Shown: piece after piece, positions 57,606 to 64,000 of the stretch
Numbering within the stretch: position 1 is the stretch's first letter
How the letters are laid out: each line of letters opens with the position of its first letter
Origin: Bacteroidales bacterium
Lineage (GTDB): Bacteria > Bacteroidota > Bacteroidia > Bacteroidales > UBA932
Assembly: GCA_017423025.1 (NCBI GenBank)
Contig: JAFPGC010000030.1
Coordinates: 9,133-73,132, forward strand
Direction of reading: 5' to 3'
DNA: 64,000 nucleotides
Notes under the pieces: model-generated
What the model saw: the letters and a program-made list of their open reading frames with translations, nothing else
The model's database searches: none
Told to the model about the DNA's origin: nothing
Made by a program: the position numbers and the translations under genes

Positions 57606-58769
57606 ATGGCAGTAAAAATTCTCAGCGTTGATGATGAAACCGATCTCGAATTGTTGTTGACGCAATTCTTCCGCAGAAAGATAAGAAAGGGCGAGTACGA
57701 GTTCTTCTTTGCCCACAACGGACTGGAAGCCCTTCAGGTCCTGTTGAAGCATCCGGACATCGCCATCATCCTTTCGGACATCAACATGCCCGAAATGGAC
57801 GGTCTCACGCTTCTGACCAAGGTGAACGAGATGCGCAATCCCTCCCTCAAGTGCATCATGGTAAGCGCCTACGGAGACATGGAGAATATTCGCCATGCCA
57901 TGAACAACGGCGCTTTCGATTTTGCCACCAAGCCGATAGACCTGGACGACCTCCAGGTAACCATTGACAAGGCGGTGGAGCAGATTGAATATGTCAAGAG
58001 TGCCCAGAAGGAACATGCCCAGCTGGTGGATATCCAGGGAGACCTCACCGTGGCCCGTGAAATCCAGCACGCCATCCTGCCCCGCTCGTTCAAGCTCAAG
58101 ATGGAAGACGCCGATTTGGTGGACATCTATGCCAGCATGGTGGCGGCCAAGGACGTGGGAGGTGATTTCTATGAGTTCTTCCCCATTGACGACCACCGCA
58201 TAGGTTTTACCATAGCGGATGTCAGCGGCAAGGGTGTGCCGGCGGCCATCTTCATGGCGGTGAGCCGTACGCTCCTTAAAGCCACGGGTCTGCGTGACGT
58301 GGCATCCAACGTGTGCATCCAGATGGTGAACGACATGCTGTGCGGAGAAAGCGTGGAATCCATGTTTGTCACCGTTTTCTACGGAATATATGACCTGAAG
58401 ACCGGAGAGATTGATTTCACAAACGCCGGACACAACCCGCCTTACATTCTCCATGCTGACGGTACGGTGGAAATGTTGAAATCCGAATGCAACCTGGTCC
58501 TGGGTGCAATAGAAGGCATGACATTCAAGAATGAATCGCTTCGGCTGAACCCCGGAGACGCCCTTGTCATGTTTACGGACGGCGTTACGGAGGCCGAGAA
58601 CAAAGATCACGAACAATTCGGAGAAGCAAGGCTGGAGGCTGCCCTGGCAGAACTGAAGGGGGCCGAAAGCAAACAGATAGTGGACACGGTCAACGCCAAA
58701 GTGAAGGAATTCGTAGCCGGTGCTGCCCAGAGCGATGATATTACCCAATTAGTAATCCGCAGAAAGTGA
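57606..58769 (+). CDS. Response regulator receiver fused to SpoIIE/RsbU-type PP2C phosphatase
   Basis: REC motifs VDDE, SDINMP, VSAY, TKP; PP2C motifs VGGDFY, IADVSGKG, NAGH, FTDGVTEA, QSDDIT. Confidence 0.93.
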   Translation: MAVKILSVDDETDLELLLTQFFRRKIRKGEYEFFFAHNGLEALQVLLKHPDIAIILSDINMPEMDGLTLLTKVNEMRNPSLKCIMVSAYGDMENIRHAMNNGAFDFATKPIDLDDLQVTIDKAVEQIEYVKSAQKEHAQLVDIQGDLTVAREIQHAILPRSFKLKMEDADLVDIYASMVAAKDVGGDFYEFFPIDDHRIGFTIADVSGKGVPAAIFMAVSRTLLKATGLRDVASNVCIQMVNDMLCGESVESMFVTVFYGIYDLKTGEIDFTNAGHNPPYILHADGTVEMLKSECNLVLGAIEGMTFKNESLRLNPGDALVMFTDGVTEAENKDHEQFGEARLEAALAELKGAESKQIVDTVNAKVKEFVAGAAQSDDITQLVIRRK

Positions 58770-60424
58770 AAAACCGTACATACATATGGATGGGCCTGAT
58801 AGCACTGGCAGTCGTAGCCGGTGTGGCGGCGCTCGCTTATCGTATGGGTTACAACCGGTCCAGGACGGAACTGGCCTCGCTGAAGGAGGAGATGGAGCAG
58901 ATGGAGGCCGCCGGGAAGGATGCCGCCATTGTGAAGCGGGTGAGCCAGCAGATGGAGGATATCGCCTATCAGCAGAAAGCTATTTCAGACCAGCAACGGG
59001 ACAGGGCCGAGGAACAGTCCATCCTGGCCACCCAGAATGCCTATAGGGCCGAGATGGAAAGCCGCGCCGCCCATGAGGCAGAGCTCAAGGCCCAATCGGC
59101 CGCCCAGGTGGCGGAGCGGGAGCGCGCCAATGCCGAACGGCAGCAGGAAATTGCCGTTGAACAGAGGGACGAAGCCACCCACGCCAAGAATGTGGCCGAT
59201 ACGCTGAACCGCCGCACCCAGGCCAGGAGCCTGGCCGTGAGCTCCCAGGTGAGAAGGGAAGCCGATGAACCGGAGGTGGCAGATCTTCTGGCATATGCCA
59301 GCTGGTATTTCCTGAAAAACAACCGGGGTAACCAGTATTATTCCGAGACTTTCAAGTCGTTGACCCAGGCCACCGACGGTATCCTTCGCTACAAGATGAA
59401 GGAAGGCGGTGCCGTGAACGCCCTTGCCAAGGTTCCCGGCCGCCCCGGACAATGTGTGGCCGTTTCCAATTTCGGAGAAGTGGAACGGCTCACCGTGAAC
59501 GCGAGCCAGGGAGGAAAGAGGATTTCTTCCAATGCCTTACTTTTCAATTCCTTGTTCGATTTCAGGGATGTACTTATCAAGGATAACAGTATCTATGCCC
59601 TTTCCCTCAAAGGCCCCCTTTGCGTCCTGGATTTTGAAGGAAACCATGTAGAAGTTCAGCTGCCGGAAGACAACTATTTCAAACTGGTCCCCATTGGAGA
59701 CGGCCTGCTGGTAGCAGGGCGAAAGAGTTTAAGCTGGTATTCGGACGGAAAGATAACCGGCAGCGAGGAACTGCCTGGGACGCTGTCGGCCATTGTAGAG
59801 AGGGAAGGCGTCACCTGTCTTTTCTTTACGGACGGAGGTTACGCCGAGATGGATGTGGCGGGCAGGATCGTGGAAAAGGCCCCTTTGCTCAAAGGCGTGG
59901 TTACGGCCGCCTACTACGACAAGGCCAGCAAGTGCCTGCTGCTGGGCGTGGAATACGGAACGGTATATCCCGTAAACCAATACGACCGCGTGATGGAAAC
60001 CATGACGGCCCATAAGGCCAAGTGCATGGATATCACCATGCTAGGCCCCGTTGTTGTGACGGGGGGCTATGACAAGACAGCGTATATCTGGAACATGGAT
60101 AATCTGCTGTTCGAGAGCGGTTTGTCCTTCCGCGAAGAGCTGCAGAAGGAAAAGGTGGAAAAGCGTGTGTCCGGCAGCCAGGAAGTCCCTACCGAGTGGC
60201 TGGTGCCCGTGGATTATACCTTTGACGGATGGACGCTGGCCGTGTGCGGGGACGAGGATGGAAAATCGGTATGGATTGGCACGTCCTCCGGAAATGTGAT
60301 GCTGCTGAATGCATCGGCCGATGACATGGCTCAGCAGCTGCACAATAAACTTAAGCGTAATCTCACCCAACAGGAATGGACCCGCTATGTGGGCGTATCC
60401 ATCCCCTATATGACGTTCAAATGA
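58766..60424 (+). CDS. Membrane-anchored coiled-coil + WD40-like beta-propeller protein
   Basis: N-terminal TM, Ala/Glu/Gln coiled coil, beta-rich repeats including AHK...TGGYDKTAYIWN, C-terminal RNLTQQEWTRYVG; GTGA overlap with the upstream gene. Confidence 0.75.
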   Translation: MKNRTYIWMGLIALAVVAGVAALAYRMGYNRSRTELASLKEEMEQMEAAGKDAAIVKRVSQQMEDIAYQQKAISDQQRDRAEEQSILATQNAYRAEMESRAAHEAELKAQSAAQVAERERANAERQQEIAVEQRDEATHAKNVADTLNRRTQARSLAVSSQVRREADEPEVADLLAYASWYFLKNNRGNQYYSETFKSLTQATDGILRYKMKEGGAVNALAKVPGRPGQCVAVSNFGEVERLTVNASQGGKRISSNALLFNSLFDFRDVLIKDNSIYALSLKGPLCVLDFEGNHVEVQLPEDNYFKLVPIGDGLLVAGRKSLSWYSDGKITGSEELPGTLSAIVEREGVTCLFFTDGGYAEMDVAGRIVEKAPLLKGVVTAAYYDKASKCLLLGVEYGTVYPVNQYDRVMETMTAHKAKCMDITMLGPVVVTGGYDKTAYIWNMDNLLFESGLSFREELQKEKVEKRVSGSQEVPTEWLVPVDYTFDGWTLAVCGDEDGKSVWIGTSSGNVMLLNASADDMAQQLHNKLKRNLTQQEWTRYVGVSIPYMTFK

Positions 60425-62994
60425 GAAAGTTTCTGTATCATATCAGTTGGATAGTCGCCGTGGCGTTTTGCACGGTGCAGGCTGCCGCTCAGGACGGAGC
60501 CCACATGGGCGTTCCGTTCTTCAGAAACTACTCGGCCAGCCAGTACAATGCCCACAACCGTAACTTTGACGTCCTCTGTGACGGTGAGGGGCATACCTTC
60601 TTTGCCAATTTCGAAGGACTTCTCGTGTACGACAACGTGGAGTGGAGGATTGTTCATACGCCGGATATCTCCCGCGTGGTGAGCGTGAGCCGGGATCAGG
60701 ACGGGAATGTGGTCTTCGAAGGTATCACTATGACTGGGCAGGTTCTGTCCGTTGACGGGGATTCTATCCAGGTGGCATATGTCCGGCGCGCGGGGGAGAA
60801 TGCCAGCGCACTGGCTGGCGGCGAGCGCATCAGCGAAACCGCAGTGGACCGCTGGAATGACATTGAGGTCTATCAGCGCCTGAAGCTGGAAGACAACCGC
60901 ACCCTCCTGGCCACGGCTACGGACGGCGTCGTTGCGGTGGACCGCGAGGGCCGGGAAATCTGGCGCATCAATGTGGACAACGGACTGTGCTCCAACAGCA
61001 TTACCAAACTCGCTTACGACGGCAAAGGCACGGTCTGGGGAGCCACGGACAATGGCGTTTTCAGCATCTCGGTCTCGGAGATATACACGCACTTTACAGA
61101 GAAGGAAGGCCTCCGTGGCCAGATCTCCTGCATAACCCAGCTAGGATCCACCATCATGGTGGGAACCTTCCAGGGCCTGTATCGTCAGGAAGGACAGCGC
61201 TTCACCCAGGTGAGCAATGTGACCCACCCCTGCTGGCAGATGGCCCAGGGCTCCGGCGGAACTCTTTACGTGGCCACATCGGACGGTGTGTATCAATATA
61301 GCAACGGCACGGCACGGCAGCAGACCAACCAGTTTGCCCTTTCCATACTGGCCATGGACGATGGCTCCTATCTGGTAGGGGAACTGGAGCGCGTATGCCG
61401 CTTCCGGCCCGGTGAAGGAATAAGGCCGATAGGCCAAATTCCCAACATCACCCGTTTCAAGAAAGACCGCGCGGGCGGAGTGTGGGCCATGACGCTTTCG
61501 GGCGATGCCTTCTATATGGATCCTGGTGAGAATACATTTGAGAAGAAGGAGGAAAGCCCTTTGTCCCGGCTCTTTGAATACGAAGACAAGGCCTGCAACA
61601 TCTGGCGCAGCTACGACAACGGCTTGGGCATTTATTATGAGAACATGCCGGAACAGCTGAAAGCGTGGTTTGAGCCCTTCTCTGACTTCAATGTCCAGGC
61701 CATGCTGGTAGAGGATGGCCTGGTATGGATTGGAGACAATGTGCGGTTGGTCCGGTTCAATATGGAGCAAAGCCTTGCCACCCAGCGGGACCTGCCTCAG
61801 CTGTACGTACGCCATTTCAGCATGGAGAACGGAGACCTTACCCTCAGCTTCTCCAACGACAAGACGGACCCTATCGGCCAGACGCTTTACAGTTACCGCA
61901 TGCATGCAGACAACGCCTGGTCCAAATGGGACGACGAGCAGGAGTACCTGTTTGCCAACCTCGGTTATGGTTCTTACCAGGTGTCTGTGCGATCGAAGGA
62001 TGCCTTCGGGCAGTTGAGCGAAATCGGCCCCTTAGATTTCAAGAAGCCCTATCCTGTGTTCGTACGCTGGTATTCCCTCCTGTTGTACCTGATTATCATC
62101 GTCTTCCTTGTTAATTTGCTTTTCCGGTACCGCATGCGTCGCATGGCAGAGGAACAGCAACGCCTGGAGGCCATTGTGGACGAGCGTACCAAGGAACTGC
62201 GCAAGGCCCAGGACAAACTGCTCAGGCAGGAGCGTGAGGCCGCTATCGGTAAGCTTACCAAGGGTCTCATAGACCGTATCCTGAACCCCATGAACTACAT
62301 CAACAATTTTGCCCATCTTACCTTGGGCCTGTCCGGGGAATTGCGGCAGAACGTTGAGGATGAGAAAGATGCAATGGATCCGGACAACTTCGAGGATTCC
62401 ATGGATGTGATGGATATGATGAAGACCAATCTGGAGAAGATTGAGCAGCACGGAATCTCCACCACGCGTACCCTGAAGGCCATGGAGGAGATGCTCAAGG
62501 AGCGTTCCACCAAGTTCGAATCCACGGATTTGACCCTTTTGTGCCAACAGTGCATAGATAAGTTCAAGACGTATTATGCCGATGACATCACTGCCCTTGG
62601 AATCCAGGTTGAGTTCATCAAACCGGACAAGCCCGTCATGCGGAACGTGGTGGCAGATCAGATGGGCAAGGCTGTCATGTCCATGCTGGGCAACAGCATA
62701 TACGCCATCAAGAAGAAGGCCGATAAGGGAGTGGAATACAAGCCCGTCCTCCGCGTCACTGTTTTGCAGGAGGCCGCCGGTCCTGTCCAGATCAAGATCT
62801 ACGACAATGGTATAGGCATTGAGAGCAGTATTCTGGACAAGGTCTTTGATCCCTTCTTTACCACCAAACCCACGGCCGAAGCACCTGGCGTGGGCCTTTA
62901 CCTCAGTCAGCAGATCCTGCACGACTGCGGCGGCCATATCACCGTAGACTCCGTCAAGGATGAGTATACCGAATTTGTAATGTCACTGGCTTAA
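60421..62994 (+). CDS. Membrane sensor histidine kinase-like protein (beta-propeller + Y_Y_Y-like) with degenerate H-box
   Basis: Signal peptide, Reg_prop-like repeats (NGLCSNSI, HFTEKEGL), YSYRM...FANLGYGSYQVSVRSKD, TM, HisKA-like GLIDRILNP, HATPase DNGIGI / FDPFFTTK / PGVGL. Confidence 0.88.
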   Translation: MRKFLYHISWIVAVAFCTVQAAAQDGAHMGVPFFRNYSASQYNAHNRNFDVLCDGEGHTFFANFEGLLVYDNVEWRIVHTPDISRVVSVSRDQDGNVVFEGITMTGQVLSVDGDSIQVAYVRRAGENASALAGGERISETAVDRWNDIEVYQRLKLEDNRTLLATATDGVVAVDREGREIWRINVDNGLCSNSITKLAYDGKGTVWGATDNGVFSISVSEIYTHFTEKEGLRGQISCITQLGSTIMVGTFQGLYRQEGQRFTQVSNVTHPCWQMAQGSGGTLYVATSDGVYQYSNGTARQQTNQFALSILAMDDGSYLVGELERVCRFRPGEGIRPIGQIPNITRFKKDRAGGVWAMTLSGDAFYMDPGENTFEKKEESPLSRLFEYEDKACNIWRSYDNGLGIYYENMPEQLKAWFEPFSDFNVQAMLVEDGLVWIGDNVRLVRFNMEQSLATQRDLPQLYVRHFSMENGDLTLSFSNDKTDPIGQTLYSYRMHADNAWSKWDDEQEYLFANLGYGSYQVSVRSKDAFGQLSEIGPLDFKKPYPVFVRWYSLLLYLIIIVFLVNLLFRYRMRRMAEEQQRLEAIVDERTKELRKAQDKLLRQEREAAIGKLTKGLIDRILNPMNYINNFAHLTLGLSGELRQNVEDEKDAMDPDNFEDSMDVMDMMKTNLEKIEQHGISTTRTLKAMEEMLKERSTKFESTDLTLLCQQCIDKFKTYYADDITALGIQVEFIKPDKPVMRNVVADQMGKAVMSMLGNSIYAIKKKADKGVEYKPVLRVTVLQEAAGPVQIKIYDNGIGIESSILDKVFDPFFTTKPTAEAPGVGLYLSQQILHDCGGHITVDSVKDEYTEFVMSLA

Positions 62995-63006
62995 GATACT
63001 GTAATT

Positions 63007-63870
63007 ATGGTAGAAGAAACTGAAAACCTGAAAAAACAGGTAGAAGAGTTGCAGGAGCAGCTGCACAAGCAGGAAAAGATGGCCTCCCTGGGGCTTCTGA
63101 GCGCCGGCATCGCCCATGAAATACAGAATCCTCTGAATTTTGTCATTAATTTCAGCAAGATGTCGGTCAAATTGCTGGATGATTTGAAGGATGTACTGGA
63201 CGACTGCGCCGACAAACTGGGAGAAGACGACGCTGCCGATCTTGAGGACATATCGGCCGACCTCAAGGAAAACCTTGCCAAGATTCAGGAGCACGGAGAA
63301 CGTGCCATCAGCATTATCCGGGGCATCCTGCTGTTCAGCCGCGGCAAGGCGGGGGAGATGCTTCCCACCGATGTGGGACAGCTGGTACACGAATACGTGT
63401 GGCTCAGCTACCATGCCATGCGCGCCAACGACAAGAGCTTCAACCTGACCATCAAGGAAGACATACAGGAGAATATGCCCATGGTCATGGTTATTCCGCA
63501 GGATCTTAGCCGGGCTGTGCTCAATGTGATGAACAATGCCTGCTACACCGTGAAGGAGAGGGCAGCCCAGGAAGGACCGGACTACCAGCCCACTATTGAC
63601 GTGAAGGTGTCCCTGGACTCCAAGGATGGCAAGGCAGGTGAACTGCAGGTGAGCATTACGGACAACGGTATGGGAATGACTCCGGAGATCAGGGAAAAGA
63701 TCTTTGAAGTTTTCTTTACCACCAAACCGGCCGGACAGGGTACGGGCCTGGGACTGAGCATCACCCACGATATCATTACCAAGAACCATAGCGGCAAGCT
63801 GCTTTTGGAATCCGAGCCCATGGTGGGCACTACCTTTACCTTCCTCATCCCTGTCACAATTGTAAAATGA
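63007..63870 (+). CDS. Soluble sensor-less histidine kinase (NtrB-like HisKA + HATPase)
   Basis: EKMASLGLLSAGIAHEIQNPLNF (H box), LNVMNNA (N), DNGMGM (G1), FFTTK (F), GTGLGLSI (G2); only a short coiled coil precedes the H box. Confidence 0.94.
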   Translation: MVEETENLKKQVEELQEQLHKQEKMASLGLLSAGIAHEIQNPLNFVINFSKMSVKLLDDLKDVLDDCADKLGEDDAADLEDISADLKENLAKIQEHGERAISIIRGILLFSRGKAGEMLPTDVGQLVHEYVWLSYHAMRANDKSFNLTIKEDIQENMPMVMVIPQDLSRAVLNVMNNACYTVKERAAQEGPDYQPTIDVKVSLDSKDGKAGELQVSITDNGMGMTPEIREKIFEVFFTTKPAGQGTGLGLSITHDIITKNHSGKLLLESEPMVGTTFTFLIPVTIVK

Positions 63871-64000
63871 GAATCAAAAGATACATATTCGCCCTCATCG
63901 TCCTTTGCTTCTCATACACAGCCAGGGCACAGGAAGATATCCATCTGTACGAGCTGGCCCAGGAGGCATACGAGTACGGCTTGTTCCAGCAGGCAGACTC
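63867..64000 (+). CDS. Exported protein with TPR-like N-terminus (truncated by window edge)
   Basis: ATGA overlap; MRIKRYIFALIVLCFSYTARA|QEDIHLYELAQEAYEYGLFQQAD..., open to the end of the window. Confidence 0.7.
   Translation, partial: MRIKRYIFALIVLCFSYTARAQEDIHLYELAQEAYEYGLFQQAD

Noticed and set aside
60421-62994. Calling the His-less sensor kinase a pseudogene
   Set aside because: The ORF is full length with intact signal peptide, TM, G1 and F boxes and coupled neighbours; no frameshift or premature stop.

Overview
A GC-rich, gene-dense chromosomal segment of a Bacteroidales-type bacterium (SusC/SusD pair, TAnnTTTG promoters, no Shine-Dalgarno signals). From left to right it holds: the upstream half of a levan/fructan-type polysaccharide utilisation locus on the minus strand (SusC, SusD, surface glycan-binding protein, truncated GH32); a long run of housekeeping genes (ruvC, rluD, lnt, slt-type, coaD, ung, lon, HU, bS22, RNase E/G, tRNA-Gln, alr, tadA, engB, prs, eptA, der, nadE, xseAB); a five-gene alpha-glucan/glycogen cluster ending in a GT3 synthase-GT35 phosphorylase fusion; then ribF, greA, tsaB, ileS, dksA-like and lspA. 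From 57.6 kb there is a translationally coupled signalling operon that runs off the window: REC-PP2C phosphatase, membrane-anchored coiled-coil/WD40 protein, beta-propeller sensor kinase whose phospho-acceptor His is replaced by Asp, sensor-less intact His kinase, and a secreted TPR-like protein. This apparent split kinase/pseudokinase system is the best candidate for an undescribed system. Other notable items are a Sec-signal mini RHS/Ntox44-like protein with no immunity gene, a terminator inside the greA leader, a 21-bp-phased operator upstream of susC, palindromic repeats inserted in frame in rluD and ribF, a triplex/G4-type element, and many probably leaderless genes. No transposase, integrase, rRNA or CRISPR array was seen. 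All family assignments are by motif recognition only; no database search was run.
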